A DNA stretch of 64,000 nt from Vampirovibrionaceae bacterium NZW_1234. Lineage in GTDB: Bacteria; Cyanobacteriota; Vampirovibrionia; Vampirovibrionales; JAGQHJ01. Position 1 is the stretch's first letter, and each line of letters begins with the position of its first letter. Below, in pieces: positions 54,625 through 64,000 of the stretch. The notes beneath the pieces were generated by a model. The model saw only the letters and a list, made by a program, of their open reading frames with translations. It was not told the origin of the DNA and did not search any database. The stretch lies in contig JBGUGD010000035.1 of NCBI GenBank assembly GCA_041697335.1, forward strand, positions 64,001 through 128,000, given 5' to 3'. A program made the translations under genes and the position numbers.

Positions 54625-56550
54625 TTAATCGACTTGGGATTGATGGACCTCAACATTATTGGCCGGACGAAATGGCCCTTGCCGAAGCGCATCAGTGTAG
54701 GTCCCATCGAGTCTAGAGCGCTCAAAGAGCACCACACCGGGCAAGCCGGCTTTCTTCACGGCGTCAATCTGAGACACTAACTCGGTTGGGGTTTTTCGAC
54801 TATAAAGGCCAAAGACACCCGCATAGACCGGTACCTGACCTTGAACCATGCGCTTGAAATACAGACTGTCTTCATACATGCCCTGGGGCTCGGGGTTTAA
54901 CCCGATGGGTGTTAATGCCTGGACCCAGCCTTCTTTCACCCAGCGAGGCCAATCCTGAAGCTTTACCGGGTTCTTAGGCAAAATATGCGGAAAAACCACG
55001 GCAGAAACAAGGGCACTGGGCTTTTTCTCATGAATTTGGGCCGAAATGGTTTTCACAAAGCTGGACACCTGCTCCTCTCGCCATTGAACCCAACGGGGCC
55101 AAAGGGGATCCGTGGGCAACAACTCAGCAGGATCGGCCTTCGGGGGTTCAAACTTGGGGAGTGCCACAGCCGCTTTCGTCCCGTTGGACAACGTTTTGGC
55201 CTTGGCCTTCAGTTCTGCGATACGGGCGTCATACTCCGCTTTGGCCTCAGCCTCGATCATCGTTTTGAAGGCCTGACGAGCATGCGCAGAATATCCCCAG
55301 GTTGTGGCCAAAAAGCCGACCCGACTATCGGGAACACTGGCAGGATAGCGAATGTAATCCAAGTTCACTCCGTCCACCCCATAGTTCTGGGTGACTTCCA
55401 GAATCAGTTTTTGAAGGAACTGACGGACCTCCGGGTTAGCCGGATCCACAAAATAATGCCCATCTTCAACAGAGGAGGCAACCGGCGTTGCAGCGGCTAT
55501 GGCACTGCGCTGAACATTACGCCATTGCGGGTATTTTTGCAGGATGGGCCCATAGGTTTCCAGCTCACTGTGGCGATTGCCCGCGAAAAAGGTTTGCACC
55601 CAGGCATGCACCTTAAGCCCATGACGATGAGCAACATCAACCCATACAGCCAAAGGGTCCCAGCCTTGAAACTCGGCATGCTGCTTGGGCAAGCCATATT
55701 CCTCCATTACTGCGCTGGGATAAAGGGTTTTGCCCCGAAAATACGTTTCGACAAACAGTTGATCGACATGAGCTGCCTTTAACGCTTGAACTGCCTTTTC
55801 AACCTCTTGAGGGGACTTCTCAACCGGGCGTATCCAAATGCCGCGAAAACCATCGTGAAAAGACGCCACGGATAAGTAGTAGGCTTGGCTGGCTTGTTGC
55901 AGGCAGGTTTCTGTCTGGTCCACGAGAGTAGGGGTTACCCCTTGGGAAGCCAAGGTTTTCAGGTCACGATAGCACCCTTGAGCCTCGGCTAAGGCCGTGT
56001 GATACTGCGGCAGGACTTCAGGGTGCCCTGCTCTGGAGGCCTTGTTTAACAGTGTCTCCACCCGAGAGACGTACACATCAGGAGTAATACGAAGGTGCAA
56101 TTTCTTTTGTTGCGGGTCCACTTCGGCCAGTGCTCCCAAGACGGCCACACGCTTAATCCAGAGTCCGCTTTGGCCTTGCCCGCTAATGACGAAGCCATTT
56201 GTGGGAATCGAACTGTTATTGGCCTCTTGAATCTGAGTAATCCGGCCATCAACGACCACAGCTTCGACGCCGAAAGCGTTGGTCTGGGTGGAGGAACCAA
56301 ATGCCGGGGTGTAGATTACCAACTGTTGAGCCCCACGAAACCCAGGGGCTTTTGCACCCTTGGGATTGCTGGCTTCGGTGGGATCAATGGCATCGACCAA
56401 CATTTCAAACTGGGTTTTCACCTGGGTTTGGGGAGCCAAAAAACTGTATTCACCCTCTTGTGCCTTACTCAGTGGTGTTTGAAACAGACTCCACAGGAAA
56501 ACAAGCACAAAAATCGGTCGGAACCATGATTGCCACATCTCAGAACACAT
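54625..56550 (-). CDS. Exported glycoside hydrolase-like protein (GHL10/DUF187)
   Basis: RGIW, DPL...AH..GLKVHAW, DPANPEVR and DGVNLDYIRYP. Confidence 0.88.
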   Translation of the reverse strand: MCSEMWQSWFRPIFVLVFLWSLFQTPLSKAQEGEYSFLAPQTQVKTQFEMLVDAIDPTEASNPKGAKAPGFRGAQQLVIYTPAFGSSTQTNAFGVEAVVVDGRITQIQEANNSSIPTNGFVISGQGQSGLWIKRVAVLGALAEVDPQQKKLHLRITPDVYVSRVETLLNKASRAGHPEVLPQYHTALAEAQGCYRDLKTLASQGVTPTLVDQTETCLQQASQAYYLSVASFHDGFRGIWIRPVEKSPQEVEKAVQALKAAHVDQLFVETYFRGKTLYPSAVMEEYGLPKQHAEFQGWDPLAVWVDVAHRHGLKVHAWVQTFFAGNRHSELETYGPILQKYPQWRNVQRSAIAAATPVASSVEDGHYFVDPANPEVRQFLQKLILEVTQNYGVDGVNLDYIRYPASVPDSRVGFLATTWGYSAHARQAFKTMIEAEAKAEYDARIAELKAKAKTLSNGTKAAVALPKFEPPKADPAELLPTDPLWPRWVQWREEQVSSFVKTISAQIHEKKPSALVSAVVFPHILPKNPVKLQDWPRWVKEGWVQALTPIGLNPEPQGMYEDSLYFKRMVQGQVPVYAGVFGLYSRKTPTELVSQIDAVKKAGLPGVVLFERSRLDGTYTDALRQGPFRPANNVEVHQSQVD

Positions 56551-56650
56551 CCTATTTTCTCTTTCTAACCAAACAATTCACCCTTCTTGCCGGGTTCTCT
56601 GCCTGTCGGCGTATGGTGCGTACAGACAGAGCCCGCCCCAATAGACCTGT

Positions 56651-56920
56651 TTAATGCGCTTTTTGAGGCACCTTGGGCGTGACGTAGGTTTTATCAATAA
56701 ACGACATGGGCGCTTCCGTCTGAATAGGTCGAAATCCAGTACGCTCCGCTTCCATTTTACTGGTCATCACCACGGCAACCGTGCATACCGTAACAAAGGA
56801 CAAAATGATAATGAGGTAAACATTACGAGCCGCATTAAACTCGGCCTTTTGCTGAGCCTTAAGCTGCTGTTGGGTCTTACTGGGTGAGGCCATGGATTCA
56901 CTCCTATCTGATTGCGCCAC
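56651..56920 (-). CDS. Small hypothetical protein with a single TM helix
   Basis: One hydrophobic helix; AGGAG SD before the second Met. Confidence 0.6.
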   Translation of the reverse strand: MAQSDRSESMASPSKTQQQLKAQQKAEFNAARNVYLIIILSFVTVCTVAVVMTSKMEAERTGFRPIQTEAPMSFIDKTYVTPKVPQKAH

Positions 56921-57000
56921 TCACGGATCTCATCTGTAGATGATCATGGTTTTACCAGGAAACCGGGGAGATGACCAGTGACTCTCCCTAAGCCCTTGAC

Positions 57001-58302
57001 CTATGCTCGTCCCGCCCCGGTTTTGCTTTGAAGCCACGAGGCCTGCCCGGGCGCCAGAGGGTGAGTCCCGTAATAGTACATCACCAGACCGCTTAGGAGC
57101 TTTGGATAGAAATAGGTGGACTTTTGGGGCATCCGCAAGCCGGACTCACAGATGCGACGCACCTCATCCACGTCCGGTGCATGAACCCAAAAGACCAATG
57201 CGCCTTGCTTCAGGCTGTCTAACACTTCCTGCTCATCACGGACAAAGTGCAGATGGCCTTGCTGCTTCAGCTCATTGGCCGCTTGCTTGAGAATACCTTG
57301 AAACACCAGAGCATCGAGAATCGCTACATCCAAGGGCCGCAAGGCTTCAGGGATGCCCGAAAGATCGGCCGAGGCTTTGAGCCCAAACGCCTGCTTTGGC
57401 CCGGTGCCATGCTGGACCCAGAAGAGGGCTTTCTCTTCGCTTACGGGCTCAAAGGACTCGGCCATGGCTTGAAGAAGCGATTCAGCCGTCCAGCCTTGGG
57501 GCAAGGAATCAAAGACCCGGTGGGTTGGATACACTTTCAACCCTTCATCGGCCATGTTTGTGAAAAAGGCCATGGTGTAATCGCACGGCAGGCTGCCTTT
57601 GGGAGCGCCCTGCTGTCCATCCTGCTCTCGACGCCATTGACTGTAGGCCACAGCCGTCTCATAACGGTGATGGCCATCGGCAATGAGAGCCGCCTTATCC
57701 GCCAAAAGGGTCTGAATCGCGTCGACCTGCTGGGCGTCGATGACCGGCCAGAAGCGATGAAATACCCGGTCATGATCGTACACTTCCAAGGGCTTTACGG
57801 CAGGAGGCACCTCAAAGAGCATGGCTTCAAGACGTTTTTCAGGATCATGGTACAAACAGAAAATTGGGCTTAAGACGGTCCCGGTGGCCTTCATCAGGGC
57901 CAGACGATCGGCCTTGGGGCCGCCCAAAGTGTACTCGTGGGGCAAGACTTGGCCGCTTTCGTAGTCTTCCAATTGCATGGCCGCGATAATGCCACGACGT
58001 TCCAGGCCGTCCCACTGCTGAGAGTAGGCATAAAAAGCCGGCTGTGACTCAGCTGTAAGGACCCCAGCCTCACGCCACGCTTCCAGGGTCTCGTGGGCCC
58101 GGGTGTACACGTTTTGGGATTCGGAATCGGAAGGCTGCTTAAGACCCAAGATTAAGCGCACCACGTTATAGGGGCTTTTTTCATGCAAGGCCTGTTGTTC
58201 GGCCGCGGAAATCACATCGTAGGGAGGCGCAACAACCGCCTCCATATCCGTCACCTGCTGAGGATTATACCGAAGTCCGGGGAAGGGACGAATGTGAACC
58301 AT
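57001..58302 (-). CDS. DUF1015 family protein
   Basis: IRPF.GLRY, APPYDVIS, PHE.T, IADGHHRYETA and MPQKSTYFYPKL. Confidence 0.93.
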   Translation of the reverse strand: MVHIRPFPGLRYNPQQVTDMEAVVAPPYDVISAAEQQALHEKSPYNVVRLILGLKQPSDSESQNVYTRAHETLEAWREAGVLTAESQPAFYAYSQQWDGLERRGIIAAMQLEDYESGQVLPHEYTLGGPKADRLALMKATGTVLSPIFCLYHDPEKRLEAMLFEVPPAVKPLEVYDHDRVFHRFWPVIDAQQVDAIQTLLADKAALIADGHHRYETAVAYSQWRREQDGQQGAPKGSLPCDYTMAFFTNMADEGLKVYPTHRVFDSLPQGWTAESLLQAMAESFEPVSEEKALFWVQHGTGPKQAFGLKASADLSGIPEALRPLDVAILDALVFQGILKQAANELKQQGHLHFVRDEQEVLDSLKQGALVFWVHAPDVDEVRRICESGLRMPQKSTYFYPKLLSGLVMYYYGTHPLAPGQASWLQSKTGAGRA

Positions 58303-58387
58303 AGGGCAGCCTCGCTTTCCAATGCCGTCTTTCAATCACACCTGAAGGTGCGCTACACTGGTTGCTACCATATCACAAGAGACCCTT

Positions 58388-58888
58388 ATGCGCAGCCTCA
58401 GAATCATTGCTGTCGGCAAAATTAAACAGTCGGCCAAATACCTCATCCCCGGTATCGAACTCTACCAGAAACGATTGGCCCGCCACGTGGCCATTGAATG
58501 GATTGAAGTACCTGAAGAAGCCCCCAGCGCAACCCGCCCTGTGGAGCAAACCATCGAACGAGAAGCTGATGCCATTTTAAAACACTGTGACTGGGCAGAA
58601 ACCGTCGTGCTCCTCAGTGAGCGAGGGCGTCTGATGAATTCGGAGGAGTTTTCGACGTGGTGGCTTGGGGGAAATCCTCTCAATGGAGGTCCCCAGCTTC
58701 CGACGTGGGACCGTATGATTATGATTATCGGTGGGGCGTTCGGCACCTCTCAGAGATTGGTGGAGAGAGCATCTGCAACCTTATCCCTGTCGCCGCTCAC
58801 GTACCCCCATCAAATGGTTAGGTTAATCCTGTTGGAGCAATTATACCGGGCGTTGACCATCGCCCATAACGAACCCTATCACAAGTAG
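58388..58888 (+). CDS. rlmH: 23S rRNA m3Psi1915 methyltransferase
   Basis: IAVGK, IGGA.G, LSLSPLTYPHQMVRLILLEQLYRA and PYHK. Confidence 0.96.
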   Translation: MRSLRIIAVGKIKQSAKYLIPGIELYQKRLARHVAIEWIEVPEEAPSATRPVEQTIEREADAILKHCDWAETVVLLSERGRLMNSEEFSTWWLGGNPLNGGPQLPTWDRMIMIIGGAFGTSQRLVERASATLSLSPLTYPHQMVRLILLEQLYRALTIAHNEPYHK

Positions 58889-59023
58889 CGGCCCTGATAA
58901 CAGAGAGTAACACTGGTTGGGACAGGCCGCAGGTCCTGGCACTTCTGGAGTTGCCAGTGAATTTGTGCTGGCGTTATGGCGCTAATGACGGCCCCTGAAA
59001 GAAGATAAGAAGAGGATGATTCG

Positions 59024-59455
59024 GTGAGTGACCTAAAAAAACTAAAACGGACCGTCTACGTAGACATCTGCCACACTCAGAGCCTGAACGGGATGGAGCC
59101 CATCGAAATTGAAGAAGATGCCGAGGGTGCCCTCTACCAGGTTGACCGGAATACCTATATCCTGGCTTTTGACAGCCATCTGAACGGCCGTAAAGTAACT
59201 ACAACAGTAAAAATTGGCCACGACACATTGTCCCTGGTCAAGATTGGCGATGTCCATAGCCGCCAAACCTTTGCTGCTGACCAATGGTTGGCCTCCCAAT
59301 TTTTCTACGGCGGTGGCAGCATCATCTGCCGCAACTTCACCAAAAAGCTGGACTATGCCCTGACTCCCAGCGGTGGCTTGATTGAGGTGCTCTATGAACT
59401 GTGGAGCGGTGACACCCACCTGGGTTATCACAACCTGGAATTCTTCATTCGCTAG
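59024..59455 (+). CDS. DUF1934 family protein
   Basis: Beta-rich, with TTTVKI, G.V.S.Q.F and Y.L..G pattern; GAGG SD. Confidence 0.75.
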   Translation: MSDLKKLKRTVYVDICHTQSLNGMEPIEIEEDAEGALYQVDRNTYILAFDSHLNGRKVTTTVKIGHDTLSLVKIGDVHSRQTFAADQWLASQFFYGGGSIICRNFTKKLDYALTPSGGLIEVLYELWSGDTHLGYHNLEFFIR

Positions 59456-59618
59456 TTCATCAGGCCTTTCTCTCAATCTAAAACCCCAATACTTGAGATC
59501 AAACACACGTGTCGCAGTCATTTTCACCCCATCTTCGACACGTCCCCTCCAGACTACTGGCGGACTCATATTGACGTTATAATGGGCTTATCTGTGTGAC
59601 CAACGGAGTGTCCCGTCC

Positions 59619-61727
59619 ATGACGTCTAAACCTTCGATGCTTGCCCTGCCGAGCCTGCTGCTTGCCAGTGCCTTGATCTGCACCACACACTCGGCCCTCG
59701 CCATTACACCACCTGCCTACGAGCAATACCAGCGAGGCCTGCAACTGGAAAAGAATCATCAATACCGTGAAGCCGAGCAAGCCTATCGCACCTCCATGGG
59801 GCTTGATCCCTACGATAGCTTGACTTACATTCGGCTTGCCGACCTTGTTGCCAAGGATAATCGCTACGACGAGGCTATTTCACTGTATCAACAGGCCCTG
59901 ACCATGAATCCCAAGGACACCATGCTCCATGCTGCCTTGGCCCACCTTTGGGAAACCAAACATTTGCCCGAGAGAGCCTTGGCCGAGTACAGGACCTTAC
60001 TGAAAAGCAATCCTGAATATACTTACGCCTACCTTGCCATGGCCCGCTTGTATAAATCAATGAATCAGCCGGACAAGGCTATTGAGGCTTCCCAGCAATT
60101 TCTAGCCACTTATCCCAAACACGAAGACGCTCAGCGAGAATTGGCACGGCTGCATTTAGGCCAGAAAAACTTTGCCCAGGCCGCTCAAACCTATGAGACT
60201 TTGAAATCCCAGAATTCCGGCAAGTTTAAAGACACCTTGGCCTATGGCATTGCCTTAAACAACAGTGATAAACCTCAAGAGGCCCTGGCCGTCTTTGATC
60301 AAATCCAGACCCCATCGGCTGTTCTGTATGAACAACGAGCCATGGCCCTGGAAAAACTCAACCGATTGTCAGAAGCTTACAACAGCTATCAACAAGCCCT
60401 GGAGGCTCTTCCGCCCACCGAACCCGGGACACCTGACAAACAAGCCGAACTCTTTTTAAAGCTGGCCGATTTGGCTACGTCATTGGATCGTTCGCCGCAG
60501 GCCGTTTCTAATTTAACGGCCTATCTCAGGTTGCATCCTGAAAACACCAAAGTTTCCCTGGCTTTAGCCGATCTGTTTGTCAAAGGCCAGGACTTTGGAA
60601 ACGCCCAACGGGTGTACGAGTCCGCTTTGACCATGTTGCCGGATTCCAAACGGGAAGAACGCGCTGAGTTGATGCGGAATCTGGCCTTTGCCTCCCAAAT
60701 GCAAGGCCAGCAAACCCAGGCTGTGACCTGGTATGAAACATCCCTGGCCCTCGAAGACAACCAACAGGCTCGTAAGAATCTTGCGCTCGCCTACCACCAA
60801 CAAGGCCAATATGATAAGGCCCTAAACCTCTATCGCAATCTGGTCAGTGAAGATCCCAACGCCAAAACCCTGCGGCAAGATATGGCCCAAGCTCTCTTGG
60901 CCGTGGCCGATGACGCGTATCAACACGGAGATTATCCCAAGGCCTTAAGTCATTACCAGGATGCCATGTTTACCGGTAGTGCCCAGGAAACACCTGCCCT
61001 ATTAGGCATTGCCAACACACAATACGCCTTGAGAAATAATGAATTGGCCTATAGCACCTATCAACGCGTGCTACAACTGGACCCTGATAATATCCTGGCC
61101 CGGATCAATAAAGCCCAGCTTGACATTGAACTGAAAAACTACCTTGCGGCAGTAGAAAGTCTACGTTGGGTGGTCTCTAAAAAACCTGACTCTCTCGAGG
61201 CCGTGCAACTTCTGGCCACCACCCATGATCTGCTTGGAGATTACGGACAGGCCGCTCTGTACTATCAGCAAGCTCTTCAGTTAAAGCCGCATGATGCGAC
61301 TTTACTGGTGGGCTATGGCAACAGTTGTCGCCAAATGGGAGATCTGAATAAAGCCCAAGTGGCCTATGAAGCAGCCCGTCAGTCTACGCCTCAAGATCCG
61401 CTGGTTCATTACAGTTTGGGCAGCATCTACAGTTTGAAAAATCAGCTAGAAGACTCTCGAAAAGCCTATCAGCAGGCTTTAGAATTAAACCCGGGCTTCA
61501 CAGAAAGCTACTATGGGTTGGGAACAACCCTTGAGAAGCAAAAAAAGCTGGATGAAGCCCTCAAAGTCTACCAGCAGTACCTGGAAAAAGCGCCTTCATC
61601 GGCTGCCTATGTCCCCTTGGCCAAGCAGCGAGTGGATATTCTGAAAAAAACAATGCCGACCCCAACGACAACACCTGCCCAAGTAAAACCCGTTTCAACA
61701 GGAGCATCCCCGAATGCTCGTCGTTAA
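59619..61727 (+). CDS. Exported TPR-repeat protein
   Basis: Signal peptide followed by continuous TPR repeats. Confidence 0.9.
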   Translation: MTSKPSMLALPSLLLASALICTTHSALAITPPAYEQYQRGLQLEKNHQYREAEQAYRTSMGLDPYDSLTYIRLADLVAKDNRYDEAISLYQQALTMNPKDTMLHAALAHLWETKHLPERALAEYRTLLKSNPEYTYAYLAMARLYKSMNQPDKAIEASQQFLATYPKHEDAQRELARLHLGQKNFAQAAQTYETLKSQNSGKFKDTLAYGIALNNSDKPQEALAVFDQIQTPSAVLYEQRAMALEKLNRLSEAYNSYQQALEALPPTEPGTPDKQAELFLKLADLATSLDRSPQAVSNLTAYLRLHPENTKVSLALADLFVKGQDFGNAQRVYESALTMLPDSKREERAELMRNLAFASQMQGQQTQAVTWYETSLALEDNQQARKNLALAYHQQGQYDKALNLYRNLVSEDPNAKTLRQDMAQALLAVADDAYQHGDYPKALSHYQDAMFTGSAQETPALLGIANTQYALRNNELAYSTYQRVLQLDPDNILARINKAQLDIELKNYLAAVESLRWVVSKKPDSLEAVQLLATTHDLLGDYGQAALYYQQALQLKPHDATLLVGYGNSCRQMGDLNKAQVAYEAARQSTPQDPLVHYSLGSIYSLKNQLEDSRKAYQQALELNPGFTESYYGLGTTLEKQKKLDEALKVYQQYLEKAPSSAAYVPLAKQRVDILKKTMPTPTTTPAQVKPVSTGASPNARR

Positions 61728-62373
61728 GACCTACACCTTGGGAATGTTTCAAGTCCACAATTACCTGCTGGTGGACACAGACACCCGGGAAGCCGTCTTG
61801 ATTGATACAGGGAAAAACCCACAGGCCGTTCTCGACACACTGGCCCAAGAGGATTTGGACTTGACGTTAATCCTGTATACCCACACCCACATTGATCATG
61901 TGGAAGGCCACCACGTCATCCGTCAGGCATATCCTGATGTTCCTGCCTGGATGCATGCCGAGGATCAATTTTGGATTGACGCCCTGCCCATGCAGGCTGA
62001 AATGTTCCAGATGAAGCCCCCGCCGCCGCCGATCATTACCGGCTTTGTGACTCCAGGGCAAGTCTTTGAACTCACCAATTGTACCTTTGAAGCCCGCTTT
62101 TGCCCGGGTCATACCCCTGGCGGGATAAGTTACTATGTCAAAGAAGGCCCCTTTGTCTTTACCGGTGACAGCCTGTTTGCAGGCAGCATTGGGCGCACGG
62201 ATTTCCCCCGCGGGGACTTTGACACCCTGATGGATTCCATCAATACCCAGCTCTTGACGCTTCCAGACGACACTTGGGTTTATTCCGGACACGGGCCTGT
62301 AACGACCATTGGCGATGAGCGTCGACAAAACCCCTATATTTTAAATCACTTGGCTCGTAGCACATCCCGTTAG
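61714..62373 (+). CDS. MBL-fold metallo-hydrolase (glyoxalase II-like)
   Basis: THTHIDH, PGHTPG, FTGDSLF.GSIGRTD and SGHG. Confidence 0.93.
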   Translation: MLVVKTYTLGMFQVHNYLLVDTDTREAVLIDTGKNPQAVLDTLAQEDLDLTLILYTHTHIDHVEGHHVIRQAYPDVPAWMHAEDQFWIDALPMQAEMFQMKPPPPPIITGFVTPGQVFELTNCTFEARFCPGHTPGGISYYVKEGPFVFTGDSLFAGSIGRTDFPRGDFDTLMDSINTQLLTLPDDTWVYSGHGPVTTIGDERRQNPYILNHLARSTSR

Positions 62374-62380
62374 AACGATA

Positions 62381-63163
62381 TTATTTCGATTTCAGCATCA
62401 TATAAGCACTGTTACGGCCATCTTCCCCACGCCGGAAGGAAAATAACTGCTCCGCTTCACAATAGGTGCATTGTGGCAGAACATCACAGTGCTTTACTCC
62501 AAACGCCTCAAGCTGGGCCGCATTGATGGCCTTTAAATTGACACGGGGGTTTTCGGGGAACGCCTCATCCCAAACAATCAGGCCTTTCTGGGTCAGGGCT
62601 TCTAGCTCCTGATCCAAGCTTGCCCCGAGCTGCTGGGCCACAGTCAGCGAGACTTGAAAGCAACATAGACTGATGGCCGGACCAATGACCGCACGAATAT
62701 CCTGGGGTTTTACACCTTTGGCATTTTGAAACGTCAGTATGGCTTCTTGAACGATGTTTTGGGCCGTACCGCGCCATCCGGCATGAATGACTGCCCCGCT
62801 GTGTGTGACCGGATCATAGAGTAGAATCGGCACACAGTCGGCAAAAAGCAGCATAACAGGGATATCGGGGGTAAAAAGCGCCATGGCATCGGTTTGACAA
62901 AGGGCAGTATCGCCGGCCCGGCCAACACGATGTCCATGCACCTGCTCCGGAATCTGCCAAGGCTGGGTTAGACCCAAGGCCTTGTGAAAGCGCTCTCGAT
63001 GGTCCAGTACTCCCTGCCGAGGATTGACCGGTGTATCTGGACCGCCAAACGACCAAGGCTTACCTGTGAAGCCGTGAATCAACCGTTCAGCGTAGGGCTC
63101 AAGCAACGCCGATTGGTACAATAATGGGAGTGAGTCTTGCATTGACAACGGAGTAGAGGCCAT
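62381..63163 (-). CDS. pgeF: YfiH/PgeF family (polyphenol oxidase-like, peptidoglycan editing factor)
   Basis: EQVHG, FADCVPI, HAGWRG, IGPAI and FSFRR. Confidence 0.93.
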   Translation of the reverse strand: MASTPLSMQDSLPLLYQSALLEPYAERLIHGFTGKPWSFGGPDTPVNPRQGVLDHRERFHKALGLTQPWQIPEQVHGHRVGRAGDTALCQTDAMALFTPDIPVMLLFADCVPILLYDPVTHSGAVIHAGWRGTAQNIVQEAILTFQNAKGVKPQDIRAVIGPAISLCCFQVSLTVAQQLGASLDQELEALTQKGLIVWDEAFPENPRVNLKAINAAQLEAFGVKHCDVLPQCTYCEAEQLFSFRRGEDGRNSAYMMLKSK

Positions 63164-63693
63164 TGGTTCACCGTTCCCCTGTGTGTAAAATGCTTTGCAT
63201 ACTGTGTTTTATTGTCGCATTGATGCTGCCTCTGGCCAAGGCCCAGGCGCCTTCTGTAAAGCCCAAAGCGGAAGCCTTGCCTTTGCTGATGGAACTCAAA
63301 AGCAGCCGGGATACCTTTCGGGCCAAGCAGGACATTATGGTTCAAGCAGCCTTGTGGGCCCGAGAACCGGTCACCCTTTGCATTTATCCCAGTAAACCTG
63401 AAGCCAGTTTCAAGGTGGAAGTTTACCGGGCGGGCTATGGGCAGCTTGATCCCCTTCCCTCAACCGTTCAGTTGACCCCGGAAGATAAACGACAGCTTCA
63501 GCGCGTCACCCTTCAACCGGGAGAAGTCTATCGCACCTATTTTAACCTTAAAAAGGTCATCCCTTTACCGTCCTATGCCTGGACAACCGGTGAATATCGT
63601 GTACAAGGCAAGTTTTATCTGTGTGGGAAAACAGAGCAATCGGAAACCGTGATTCCGGCCAAAGGGCCACTTCACCTTCTAATTCTGGATTAA
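63163..63693 (+). CDS. Hypothetical exported protein
   Basis: Signal peptide; probable start ATG 63190. Confidence 0.65.
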   Translation: MVHRSPVCKMLCILCFIVALMLPLAKAQAPSVKPKAEALPLLMELKSSRDTFRAKQDIMVQAALWAREPVTLCIYPSKPEASFKVEVYRAGYGQLDPLPSTVQLTPEDKRQLQRVTLQPGEVYRTYFNLKKVIPLPSYAWTTGEYRVQGKFYLCGKTEQSETVIPAKGPLHLLILD

Positions 63694-63694
63694 C

Positions 63695-63898
63695 TTAGGC
63701 CTGAACCGATAACTTGGTGCCAGCCTGGGAGCACCCCGCCTGAAGCATGCGAGCTGCATAAGGCCGTCTTGAGCAATCCATCGCCATTGCTCCTTGGTAG
63801 CCTTGGCCTAAGAATAATTGAGCCGCAGATGAGGGTATCGTTTTTTTGCTTGCCACGGATTGAGGCAACGCCCGAATTTCGGTTAGTTTCATGGCCAT
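63695..63898 (-). CDS. Small hypothetical protein
   Basis: GGAGG SD; 67-aa ORF. Confidence 0.4.
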   Translation of the reverse strand: MAMKLTEIRALPQSVASKKTIPSSAAQLFLGQGYQGAMAMDCSRRPYAARMLQAGCSQAGTKLSVQA

Positions 63899-64000
63899 CC
63901 CTCCAACTCAGCCCAAACGGACTGAGGATTTTCTATGTGTGCGAGATATTCTACTAAAAACATGGCCGCCTGAAAACCCGATCTGGGCCATCTTTTCAAC

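Noticed and set aside
54985..55782. 265-aa plus-strand ORF
   Set aside because: Antisense shadow of the GHL10 gene.

Overview
Bacterial chromosomal window, probably from a non-photosynthetic cyanobacterial relative (Vampirovibrionia/Melainabacteria). This is an inference from LdpA- and Ycf45-like genes alongside DUF1292/DUF1934/DUF1015 genes and no photosynthesis genes. Bases 1-5946 are the right end of an AT-richer element integrated at tRNA-Val(CAC). It carries Schlafen/AlbA_2, thermonuclease and TIGR02391 genes plus a tyrosine integrase whose reading frame runs through the tRNA. The rest is mostly housekeeping: a BolA-Grx-IscA-YgfZ Fe-S cluster, frr, two speD paralogues, PiT/DedA/APC transporters, UDG, tmk, a riboflavin operon, MoxR-DUF58-VWA, rlmB, engB, rlmH and pgeF. 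The most notable signals are: (1) a 1577-aa pentapeptide/zincin/Ntox21 polymorphic toxin with no immunity gene; (2) a ~51-bp promoter element shared by that toxin gene and an orphan ~380-nt transcript, with its core box also upstream of a third gene; (3) a promoter- and terminator-bounded structured ~285-nt RNA whose 5' end is complementary to the hairpin next to the toxin's ribosome-binding site; (4) a eukaryote-like PRMT coupled to a GNAT; (5) a recurring N-terminal 'RFG' motif on unrelated proteins; and (6) a helically phased GCGTG array beside an AT-rich tract. All family calls come from motif recognition by eye; no searches were run.
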